From IMG/VR virus record IMGVR_UViG_3300010356_002077: a stretch of DNA of 20,000 nt. One strand, 5' to 3'. A program made the translations under genes and the position numbers. Positions 8,010 through 16,339 of the stretch are shown one piece after another. The stretch is from an uncultured virus (IMG/VR IMGVR_UViG_3300010356_002077) (Duplodnaviria; Heunggongvirae; Uroviricota; Caudoviricetes). The notes below the pieces were generated by a model. It searched no databases and was not told the DNA's origin. It saw nothing but the letters and a program-made list of their open reading frames with translations. Numbering within the stretch: position 1 is the stretch's first letter; each line of letters begins with the position of its first letter.

Positions 8010-8768
8010 ATGGCTTACTTTGTGGGACAAGGGAAAGTATACGCGGCCAAGCGGAACACCGACGGCAGCCCGAAGGCTTTCAGGTACCTGCTGAACTGTT
8101 CGAAGTTAAACTTCAACATGAAAACGTCGAGGATAGACCACCAGGAATCCAACACCGGCCAGCGCGGCACGGATGCCACCGTGGTCACCGGCAAGGAAAT
8201 CAGCGGAACCCTGACCGTTGATAACTGGACGGCGGACAACCTGGCATTCGTTCTATACGGCAAGACAGCCACCGTCACCGGAAGCACGGTGTCGGCGGAA
8301 ACCCTGCCAAGCGGCCTCGTCGTCGGGGATTTCGTCAGGCTCGACAATCCGATGCTGACGAACGTGGTGATCACCGATTCGACGGGAACGCCGAAGACGC
8401 TCACCGCCGACACAAACTATAAGCTCAACGCCGATCACGGGTCCATCGAGATCCTCGACCTGACGACCGGCGGCGCGTTCACCCAGCCCCTCAAGGCGGC
8501 CTATACCTACGCGTCAAGGGTGGATGTCGCGGCATTCAACGACATTCCCGAGGACCTGTGGCTCAGGTTCGAAGGTCTGAATATGGCCGACGAAGGCAAT
8601 CCTGTCCTGATCGAAGCGTTCAAGTGCCAGATCGATCCCGCCAAGATCCTTGAAGCAATCGGCGAAAAGTTCTCCGAATTCGAGCTCGACATGAAGGTTC
8701 TCAAGGACGACCTCCGGGACGAAGACGATGACCTCGGGCAGTACTTCAGAGTGACGCCGCTGACATGA
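8010..8768 (+). CDS. Major tail (tube) protein, siphovirus type
   Basis: AAAGGAG RBS; YFVGQGKVY, HQES.TGQR, NLA..LYG and LRFEGLN.A patterns; no sheath gene; precedes chaperone and tape measure. Confidence 0.85.
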   Translation: MAYFVGQGKVYAAKRNTDGSPKAFRYLLNCSKLNFNMKTSRIDHQESNTGQRGTDATVVTGKEISGTLTVDNWTADNLAFVLYGKTATVTGSTVSAETLPSGLVVGDFVRLDNPMLTNVVITDSTGTPKTLTADTNYKLNADHGSIEILDLTTGGAFTQPLKAAYTYASRVDVAAFNDIPEDLWLRFEGLNMADEGNPVLIEAFKCQIDPAKILEAIGEKFSEFELDMKVLKDDLRDEDDDLGQYFRVTPLT

Positions 8769-9175
8769 CGGACGACCTGAAAACCCTGTTCCCGGATCCC
8801 ATTATGGTGGACATTGGAGGCGAACGGCTTGAAATACGGCCGTTCGCTTCCGGCATATTGCTGAAGAAGGTCCTTCCGCTGATGAAGGGACTCGACCTTA
8901 CTTCTTTCGTCTTCGGGGAAAAGCCCTCGGAAGAAGTCATTACCAATCTGGTAATGGAAAACGGCGACACCGCCATAAAATTGGCGGTGTATGGTTCCGG
9001 GAAGGACGAGGCCTGGGTTGATGCCCTCCCGCCAGGTCTGCTTGTCAGATTGCTCGGCGCGATCATCAAGGCAAACATTGATTTTTTCGTCCGGGAAGTC
9101 CTGCCCGAACTGGGCGGGGCGGTAAAAAGCCTGAAGGAAAGTATCCGGATTATGGCGAGATCTTCGGAAGGCTGA
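8765..9175 (+). CDS. Tail assembly chaperone (gpG-like)
   Basis: 136 aa between tail tube and tape measure; ends ...N.DFF...VLP; contains a slippery heptamer. Confidence 0.85.
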   Translation: MTDDLKTLFPDPIMVDIGGERLEIRPFASGILLKKVLPLMKGLDLTSFVFGEKPSEEVITNLVMENGDTAIKLAVYGSGKDEAWVDALPPGLLVRLLGAIIKANIDFFVREVLPELGGAVKSLKESIRIMARSSEG

Positions 9176-9375
9176 TCGACCATGGCCACCGTTACCCTGA
9201 CTTCCTTGAGACTTACACCCTCGCCCAGATCAAGCTCTTCTACCGGCAGGCGGTTGCCTCGGACCTTGAAAGCCAGCTTCGAATGGCTGAGGTCTCGGGT
9301 ATCGAGTGGGCCCCCAAGGAAGAACGCAGGAAGCTCCTCCGTGGGCTCAGGAAGGCGATAGACGATGGCCGGTGA
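9082..9375 (+). CDS. -1 frame extension of the tail chaperone (gpGT-like; fusion about 203 aa from 8765)
   Basis: The -1 frame is open from 9082 to TGA 9373-9375, has no ATG until its last 30 codons, and fills the gap to the tape measure gene: ...YGEIFGRLIDHGHRYPDFLETYTLAQIKLFY...; T TTT TTC at 9082-9088. Confidence 0.75.
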   Translation, partial: FFRPGSPARTGRGGKKPEGKYPDYGEIFGRLIDHGHRYPDFLETYTLAQIKLFYRQAVASDLESQLRMAEVSGIEWAPKEERRKLLRGLRKAIDDGR

Positions 9376-12040
9376 CATGAACCTCAAGCTGTCGATCGAG
9401 GCCGCTTTCAAGGGCGTCCAAGAGATCAAGGACGGCGCCAAGGAAATCGACAACCTGGTCAAAAAGGCGTCTCAGACCGTCCCGCAGGGATCGATCCTTT
9501 CGGGCGGCGCCATCGGCCAGGTCAAGCAGGAGTTTGGCGAACTTGGTAAAGAGCTTCAGTCTCTCGTCGGCAGGCTCGACCCTCTCACCAAGCACTTCGC
9601 GGATTTCGACCGCGAGCTGGGCGTCCTCAGGCAGGGCATGAAGGACGGGGCGCTCTCGCACAAGGACTACAACCAGCTCGTCGAGCGCCTGGGCAACGAA
9701 TACCAGAAGATGGAACCCAAGGCGCGCGCCGCCAGCGAAGCCCTCGCGGATGTCAACAAGAACGCCGCCGGGGGCGGGACAAGCCTTAAGGATCTCGGCC
9801 GGGATCTCGGGATCCTCGGCGGGGAGATCGCTGTTCTTTACAAGCTGTTCGATTTCGCGAAAGACTCCGGGAAAGAGTTCGCGAACAAGGAACGGCTTCT
9901 CAACCAGATCGGCACGACAGCGGCAAGGATGGGTCAAAGCTCGCAGGATGCAGCCGAAAAGGCCGAAATGCTTGAACAGGCCCTCGGCAAGGTGGGAATT
10001 ACGGGGGACCAAACCCTGGGCGTATTTCAGGAAATGCTTCTCATCACCAAGGACACCGAACAGGCCTATTCCGCGGCAAGCCTGGCTGCTGATATTAGCG
10101 CCGGGTCTACCAAGTCCCTGTCGGAAGCGTCTCAGATCCTCAAGATGGCCCTCGCCGGGGATGAACGCGGATTAAAGCCTGCCATGAAAGAGCTGGGCAT
10201 TGAAGCCAACACCACGGAAGAGGCCCTGAAGAAACTGGAAGCACAATTCCGGGGACAGGCATCAGCTCTCCATGACACCAAAAGCGCCTATGCCGGGGCG
10301 GCCGAGGAGTGGAGACAGTTTAAGGAAGAAGTCGGAGCGGGCACGGGGCCGTTCTTTGCCACGATTGCGCAGACGGTAGTCGGCTGGGTGCGGCGGATAG
10401 CCAATGCATTCGCGGATATCCTGGCCATGGCGATCGAGGCTAGTAGGAATATCGTCCAGCTGGCAGCGGCAACGATTCAAGGCTTCTGGAACGGACTAAA
10501 AACGGGGGATTTCTCGGGATCGTTCAAAAGCTCTTTCTCGTCTGCATTCGACAATATTGGGGACGAGTGGGGCGCCCTTCTGGACAACATGCAGGAAAAG
10601 TGGAACGGCGCGATGGGCCCGGACAAGCCGAAGGAAATTCTGCCCCCGCGCGATATTGCCGCCGCCAAGAAAAATATAGATGAGTTGATGAATTCCGTTT
10701 CCGGGAAAAATGTCAGTTACGGGAAATTGCAGGAAGTCTTATCAACCCTTACCGCCTTGCGCGATAAGGCCGGAGAGGGAACGAAGATTTATGATCTCTA
10801 TAATGAAGCCATAGAAAAAGTCGGCGAGCGCTTCGAAAAGCTGAATGAGAAAATCCAGGCAAAAGCGGAAAAGATAAAACAGGAGATCCTTGACCTCCGG
10901 CAGCAGCTCGCCATGCTGGGAATGTCTGATGCCGATAAGGCAGCCTCCGGGATAGCCGGCATGGGTGGAAGCGCGCAACAGCAGGACGAAGCCCGCGAAT
11001 TGGTGAAGGCGATCGAGGCCAAGAAGGAACACCTCCGGGTGACTCAGGAGATGATTCCCCAGCTCGAGCTGGAGATCGCCACATTCAGGATGTCGGCGAT
11101 CGAGAAGGCAATTTATATCGAGAGGACAAAAGGCGCGACAGAGGCCGATCTAGCTCTCCTCAGGGTCCAGCTGGAAAAGAAACAGGCGCTCGAGACGGCC
11201 GCAGCGGAAGAAAAAAAGGCCGCAGCCGCCGCAAAACAGCACGACGCGGAGCTGGATAAGCAGGCGGAGACGCTCCGGAACAGCCTCGACCCGATGAGGC
11301 AGTACAACAAACAGCTCTCCCTGTTCGACGAACTGCTGAAAGCCGGGAAAATCTCCTCGGCGGAGTGGACGGCCGCGGTCGGAAACATTCGCGGACAGAT
11401 GAAAAAACTGGCGCAGGAAAGCAATCTCGCGTTCCAGGAAATGAGAAAACTTGGGCAGGGCGTGGCACAACAACTGCAATCTGCATTTGCACAATTTCTG
11501 TTCGACCCTTTCAGCTCAAACCTCAAGGACATGCTGAGAAACTTTATAGACACGATCCGTCAAATGATCGCTGAGGCCCTGGCGTTCGCGGCGATTCAGG
11601 CCGCACTGAAAGCTATGTTTCCGGAAGGTTCCGCGGGGGCGGGCGGTGGCTTTATGACAGGGTTCCTACAGGCTTTCAATCTACATTCCGGCGGGGTTGT
11701 CGGGCAGGGCGGCACCGAGAGGCTCGCCTCGATCTTTGCCTTTGCGGATCCAGTGCGCCTTCACAACGGCGGGGCGCTTTTCGGCCTCGACCGCGACGAG
11801 GTCCCGGCGATCCTCCTGACCGGTGAGGAAGTGCTCTCCCGGACGGATCCCCGGAATGTGCTCAACGGGGGCAGGAATGCCGGCGGCGGCAATAACGGCT
11901 CCGGCGGTGGGACCACCCGTGTCATCAACATCTTCGACAAGGACATTGTCGAGGACTACATGGGCTCCGAAAAGGGCGAAAAAATCATCATCAATACGAT
12001 CAGCAAGAAACGGGACACGATCAAACAGTTAATAAGGTAG
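9365..12040 (+). CDS. Tail tape measure protein
   Basis: 891 aa, Ala/Lys/Glu-rich helical; C-terminal HSGGVVG...HNGG...DEVPAILLTGEEVL signature; follows chaperones. Confidence 0.95.
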   Translation: MAGDMNLKLSIEAAFKGVQEIKDGAKEIDNLVKKASQTVPQGSILSGGAIGQVKQEFGELGKELQSLVGRLDPLTKHFADFDRELGVLRQGMKDGALSHKDYNQLVERLGNEYQKMEPKARAASEALADVNKNAAGGGTSLKDLGRDLGILGGEIAVLYKLFDFAKDSGKEFANKERLLNQIGTTAARMGQSSQDAAEKAEMLEQALGKVGITGDQTLGVFQEMLLITKDTEQAYSAASLAADISAGSTKSLSEASQILKMALAGDERGLKPAMKELGIEANTTEEALKKLEAQFRGQASALHDTKSAYAGAAEEWRQFKEEVGAGTGPFFATIAQTVVGWVRRIANAFADILAMAIEASRNIVQLAAATIQGFWNGLKTGDFSGSFKSSFSSAFDNIGDEWGALLDNMQEKWNGAMGPDKPKEILPPRDIAAAKKNIDELMNSVSGKNVSYGKLQEVLSTLTALRDKAGEGTKIYDLYNEAIEKVGERFEKLNEKIQAKAEKIKQEILDLRQQLAMLGMSDADKAASGIAGMGGSAQQQDEARELVKAIEAKKEHLRVTQEMIPQLELEIATFRMSAIEKAIYIERTKGATEADLALLRVQLEKKQALETAAAEEKKAAAAAKQHDAELDKQAETLRNSLDPMRQYNKQLSLFDELLKAGKISSAEWTAAVGNIRGQMKKLAQESNLAFQEMRKLGQGVAQQLQSAFAQFLFDPFSSNLKDMLRNFIDTIRQMIAEALAFAAIQAALKAMFPEGSAGAGGGFMTGFLQAFNLHSGGVVGQGGTERLASIFAFADPVRLHNGGALFGLDRDEVPAILLTGEEVLSRTDPRNVLNGGRNAGGGNNGSGGGTTRVINIFDKDIVEDYMGSEKGEKIIINTISKKRDTIKQLIR

Positions 12041-12046
12041 GGCGAC

Positions 12047-12952
12047 ATGGCAGTAGAAACCGGAACCGCCACAAGCTATACGGACCTCCTGGCAAAGCTC
12101 AAGACCTTCCTGACGGGGCTCGCATCGAACCCTTGGGTGGCGCTGAAGGATGCCGACGGCGAACTGATCCTCCAGGGAGAAGGGCTTGCCGGCCTCGATG
12201 AGATATTCGTCGGGATCAAGACCTACTATGACGCCCCCGGGGACTACTACAACTGGCGGCTTCAGGGGTACACGGGTTACAGTGCCGGTTTGACATTCGA
12301 CACCCAGCCCGGGGCCATCACCACCGAGGTGTCACAGAACTATTGCCCGAGACTGTGTCTCTGGAACAGCTCCATCCCCTACTGGTTCATCGCCAACGGC
12401 CGAAGGTTCATCGTCATCGCGAAGGTGTCGACCGTCTACCAGGTCCTTTACATGGGTTTCATCCGGGCCTATGCCACCCCCGGACAGTATCCCTATCCCC
12501 TCGCGATCGGAGGGTCGTCCAATGCCCAATCAGGGAATCGGTGGAGTATCCAGAACGCCGTGAATGTCGGGGCGTGCCCGATGCCGGTCGGGAATTATGC
12601 CGGCACGGCGACCCTGCGGCTTCGGGACCAGTCCGGCGCCTGGCAGGGGATAAGGAACAACACCGGGGTTCTGTATACCTGGCCGTATGCCGGGAGCGGG
12701 CTGTCGGCGGCACACGCCAACCCCGAGACCATCCGGGAAGGGATCGACGGCACCTATCCCCTGTTGCCGGTGATCCTGCACTCCTCGTCACCCACGCAGA
12801 TCTACGGCGAACTTGAGGGGATATTCCATGTGTCCGGGTTCAACAACGCGGCCGAGAACCTGGTCGTGGACTCGGGGTCGGACGAACACCTCGTGGTGCA
12901 GGATGTTTACCGGACAGGCATCAACAATTATTTTGCGGTCCTTCTGGAGTAG
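12047..12952 (+). CDS. Virion structural (tail-tip) protein, D3112/YuA-type
   Basis: MAVETGTA...DLL.KL..FL, YWFIANGRR, YPYPL.IGG and GELEG.FHVSG patterns; directly after tape measure. Confidence 0.75.
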   Translation: MAVETGTATSYTDLLAKLKTFLTGLASNPWVALKDADGELILQGEGLAGLDEIFVGIKTYYDAPGDYYNWRLQGYTGYSAGLTFDTQPGAITTEVSQNYCPRLCLWNSSIPYWFIANGRRFIVIAKVSTVYQVLYMGFIRAYATPGQYPYPLAIGGSSNAQSGNRWSIQNAVNVGACPMPVGNYAGTATLRLRDQSGAWQGIRNNTGVLYTWPYAGSGLSAAHANPETIREGIDGTYPLLPVILHSSSPTQIYGELEGIFHVSGFNNAAENLVVDSGSDEHLVVQDVYRTGINNYFAVLLE

Positions 12953-12954
12953 TC

Positions 12955-13875
12955 ATGGCGTACGCAACGGGCACGGGGACAACGCACGATACCATACTTA
13001 CGGCACTATCGACCTTCCTGCAGGCCAACGGCTGGACGGAGGACGAACATGCCGCGGACGGGGACGGCTACAGGCTGATAATCCACAAGGGTGCGCAGTA
13101 CATCGTTCTGCGCTCCACGGCTACCAACCCGTCGGGGACCGAGAACAGCGGCGCCCACATCTGGCTGTGCGGCGCGGGAGGCTATTCCTCCGGAAGCGCA
13201 TGGAACGCCCAGCCGGGGACTTCGGCAGCTTGCCTGCTTAGGGACTGCGGCGATGTCGGCGGCGCAGGCCATGTCAACTACTACTTCTTTCTCAACGGCG
13301 ACACCTGTTACATCGTCATAGAAAAAAGCCTCGGCGTGTACTGCATCATGGCCTTCGGCTGGATCACCAAGAACGGCTACACCGGGGAAAGCGACGAGGG
13401 CAGGTTCGTCCAGTGCTGTTATTTTTACCCGTCGACACTATATACGGCGGATTCCAGCCAGCATTTTGTCCTGTTCGACAGCTATAGCATGCATGCTTAT
13501 CAGGGACAGATTTACCTGACGATCGACGGTACGGAAAACTGGCATTACATAGGGGAAAAGACCGTCACGGGCACCAAGAAGCTACAGGGGACGGCGAGGA
13601 GCTACGGCATCTCGGGCTCTCTAAGGTGCAGCCTGCCGTGCACCGCGAATGCCGCCCCCATTATAATTCCCCTGTTCATGTTCGCCGAGCGCACGGGGAG
13701 CAACTGGAGCCCTGTCGGCCAGGCGCCGGATATCGGCATCCTTGACATTACCAACTACCCGGACGCCGAAGAGGTCGAGATCGGCGCGGAAACCTGGGTG
13801 CTGTTCCCGCAGAGACAGCGCGCCAGCGTCGTTTCGTCCTACCGCGGCTATGCCTTTAAAAAGGTGACGTCTTGA
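12955..13875 (+). CDS. Virion structural (tail-tip) protein, probable distant paralogue of the upstream gene
   Basis: GGAG RBS; MAYATGTG...L..FL..NGW start; C-terminal G.ETWVLFP...GYAFKK; similar length to the upstream gene. Confidence 0.7.
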   Translation: MAYATGTGTTHDTILTALSTFLQANGWTEDEHAADGDGYRLIIHKGAQYIVLRSTATNPSGTENSGAHIWLCGAGGYSSGSAWNAQPGTSAACLLRDCGDVGGAGHVNYYFFLNGDTCYIVIEKSLGVYCIMAFGWITKNGYTGESDEGRFVQCCYFYPSTLYTADSSQHFVLFDSYSMHAYQGQIYLTIDGTENWHYIGEKTVTGTKKLQGTARSYGISGSLRCSLPCTANAAPIIIPLFMFAERTGSNWSPVGQAPDIGILDITNYPDAEEVEIGAETWVLFPQRQRASVVSSYRGYAFKKVTS

Positions 13876-15542
13876 CCACTCTCTACGGGGATCCCTGCGG
13901 CGACATTCCGTTCGACGCCTGCCCTTTCATATCCTCGAACCTTGACGGCGGAGAACCCGGGTACGGCGGCGGAATCATCCCGACCGCGGTATCCCCTCCC
14001 GTATCAAAAAGCGACACACAGCCCATCGATGTGGCAAGCAGAAGCATTACCGGCGCGGAGCTGTGGGGGCCGGGCGACGTGATCTACCAGGGCGTCCACC
14101 TTGTGCCCCACTACATCGAGACAGGCAATGTCCTGACGGAACTGTTCTATTCGCTGGAAGTGTGGAACGCAACCGATGTGGAGCAGCTGTGCACGGCGCT
14201 GAACGAGGTGAGCGTCTCGGGCATAGAACTGCCCATGACAGTGGAACCGCCGACGACCTTCGGCGCGCTGGAATCCAGGTCCTACACCGTCACCGTAACG
14301 CCCGACGGGGAAAGCGAGATCAACGGGTACTTCCAATTTCTCTTCCCGCCGAACTCCCCCAAGCTGGAGATAACCGGGTCGAGGGTCAAGGCCTTTACCC
14401 AGCAGATGAATTGGGCGAACGGGATCACGGAGCGCCTGGAGTTCATGACCGACGTCATCGAAGCCTACTCCGGAGGCGAACAAAGGCTGAGCCTCCGGGC
14501 CAACCCGCGCCGCTCGATCGAATTCAACGTGACGATCTGGGGCGACGAGCTCAGGTTCACCGAGAACCGCTTCTATGGCTGGCAGGCGCGGACCTACGCG
14601 GTGCCGCTGTGGATGTATGCCCAGTATCTCGCGGCGGACGTCCTGCTGGGCGAGACGTTTGTGCCCTTCGACACCGAATACAGGGACTTCGCCCTCGACG
14701 GCGGCGTGCTCCTGATGAACGCCGGCGCGTCGGAACAGCTTCAAATAGAATCCATCGAGAGCAACGGCGTCACCCTTTCGGAGCCTCTACAGGCAACCTG
14801 GCCGAAGGGATCCCTCGTAATGCCCTATCGTGACGGCCGGATGTTGCAGGCGGCGCGGCTCGCGCATCATACCGACCTGTCCGCCGACGTTGTAGTCCGC
14901 TTCGACCTGACCCCTGGACAGTCGGTTGCCGGAATCACCGAGTGGGCGGGCGAGACTTACAAGGGGTACACGGTCTTCCCGGGTGGGCATAATTTCACCA
15001 GCTCCCCGGCGGAGGAGATCGAGGGAAAGACCGACAAGTGCGACTACGAGACCGGTATCATCACGATCCGTCACAGGGACCTTCTGCCCTACGTAAAGAG
15101 GGACTTCGCGTGGCTGCTTAAATCCAAGGCCGAGATAGCGGAGGCAAAAGGGTTTTTCATGGAGATAGCCGGGCGGTTGAACAGCTTTTACATGCCCAGC
15201 GAACTGAGCGATTTTACCCTGGTCTCGCCGATCGGCTCCGGAGGTCTCCTTGTCGGGGTGAAGAAGTCGGACTTCAACAAGTACGCCTGGGATACGGGCG
15301 GACGCAAACAGCTCGCTTTCCTCATGGGCAACGGGACGTGGCGCTATCGCCAGATAGAATCGATCGACGACACGGACCCCGATTACGACGTCCTGACGAT
15401 TGATGCGGCCTGGCCGGATTCCCTGCAGCCCATCAAGATCTCGTTCCTTGAATTGTGCAGGTTGGAACAGGATACTGTGGAGATCAAGTGGGAGACCGAT
15501 TCGGTTGCCCGGATTGCCTTCACCCGGAGGGTTCTGGAATGA
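13872..15542 (+). CDS. Tail-tip structural protein (distal-tail-like)
   Basis: TTG start overlapping the upstream stop with AAGGTG RBS; NW...ITERLEFMTDV....G.EQR..LR..PRR and GR...F..P patterns; precedes the hub gene. Confidence 0.7.
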   Translation: MTTLYGDPCGDIPFDACPFISSNLDGGEPGYGGGIIPTAVSPPVSKSDTQPIDVASRSITGAELWGPGDVIYQGVHLVPHYIETGNVLTELFYSLEVWNATDVEQLCTALNEVSVSGIELPMTVEPPTTFGALESRSYTVTVTPDGESEINGYFQFLFPPNSPKLEITGSRVKAFTQQMNWANGITERLEFMTDVIEAYSGGEQRLSLRANPRRSIEFNVTIWGDELRFTENRFYGWQARTYAVPLWMYAQYLAADVLLGETFVPFDTEYRDFALDGGVLLMNAGASEQLQIESIESNGVTLSEPLQATWPKGSLVMPYRDGRMLQAARLAHHTDLSADVVVRFDLTPGQSVAGITEWAGETYKGYTVFPGGHNFTSSPAEEIEGKTDKCDYETGIITIRHRDLLPYVKRDFAWLLKSKAEIAEAKGFFMEIAGRLNSFYMPSELSDFTLVSPIGSGGLLVGVKKSDFNKYAWDTGGRKQLAFLMGNGTWRYRQIESIDDTDPDYDVLTIDAAWPDSLQPIKISFLELCRLEQDTVEIKWETDSVARIAFTRRVLE

Positions 15543-16339
15543 GCTACGACTCCCTTGAAACAGCCTCCTCCGTCAAGCCCGTTGAAATCTACCTCTTCAC
15601 GATAGATTCCGAGGAGTGGGGAGCCTACACCAGCGGGGATGCTGCTGTAGCTTATGCCGGCAGGGACTATGTGCCCTTCGCGATATCGCGTGACACCATC
15701 CGGCAGGACGCCTCGTCCTCGGCCGACCCGATAAATATCCGAGTGCCCGCCACAACCGATGTGGCACTGCTTTTCAGGAGGGTTTATTCCAGGAAGGTCC
15801 GGCTCCAGATCCTCAGGCTTCACACGGACGACGCGAACGCGCTTAGCCTTTTCGACGGCTGGGTGATGAGCGTGGAATGGCAGGGCCCGGAAGCGATCCT
15901 CACCTGCCAGAACAAGGGTGTCGCGCTTCAGCGCGACGGCCTGAGGTACAAAAGCCAGGCGCCCTGCAACCACATCCTGTTCAGCGACCCCTGCGGCCTC
16001 GTCGAGGCGGACCATACCATCGTCACGGAGCTGACGGCGGTAAGCGCCGACGGCCTCGAGCTGACAAGCGCGGATTTCGACGGTGAGGATGACGGCTATT
16101 TTGTGAGCGGCGTCTGTTACTACGACGGGACCTACAGGCAGATCGAGGCCCATGCCGGGGACAAGATCACCCTGTCTCTGCCCTTCGAAAGCCTTGCAGC
16201 CGGCGCGACCGTGCAGGTGACGGCGGGCTGTGACCACAGCCTCGCCACATGCAAGGCCAGGTTCAGCGGCAACCAGGCCAACTTCGGCGGGTTCCCCTAC
16301 GTTCCCCAGAAGAACCCCTATAATAAAGGAATGAGCTGA
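15539..16339 (+). CDS. Tail hub protein, BR0599/DUF2163 family with putative Fe-S cysteines (266 aa)
   Basis: ATGA coupling at 15539 with GGAGG RBS; PVEIYLF, CNHILFSDPC and GCDHSLATC..RF..N..NFGGFPYVP motifs. Confidence 0.88.
   Translation: MSYDSLETASSVKPVEIYLFTIDSEEWGAYTSGDAAVAYAGRDYVPFAISRDTIRQDASSSADPINIRVPATTDVALLFRRVYSRKVRLQILRLHTDDANALSLFDGWVMSVEWQGPEAILTCQNKGVALQRDGLRYKSQAPCNHILFSDPCGLVEADHTIVTELTAVSADGLELTSADFDGEDDGYFVSGVCYYDGTYRQIEAHAGDKITLSLPFESLAAGATVQVTAGCDHSLATCKARFSGNQANFGGFPYVPQKNPYNKGMS

Noticed and set aside
10480..10880. Apparently more A/T-rich stretch inside the tape measure gene
   Set aside because: Judged by eye only; frame intact and composition may reflect Lys/Glu/Asn-rich coding. 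Needs a GC3 scan.
15455..15538. Upstream extension of the hub ORF
   Set aside because: Overlaps the previous gene; ATG 15539 has an RBS and ATGA coupling.
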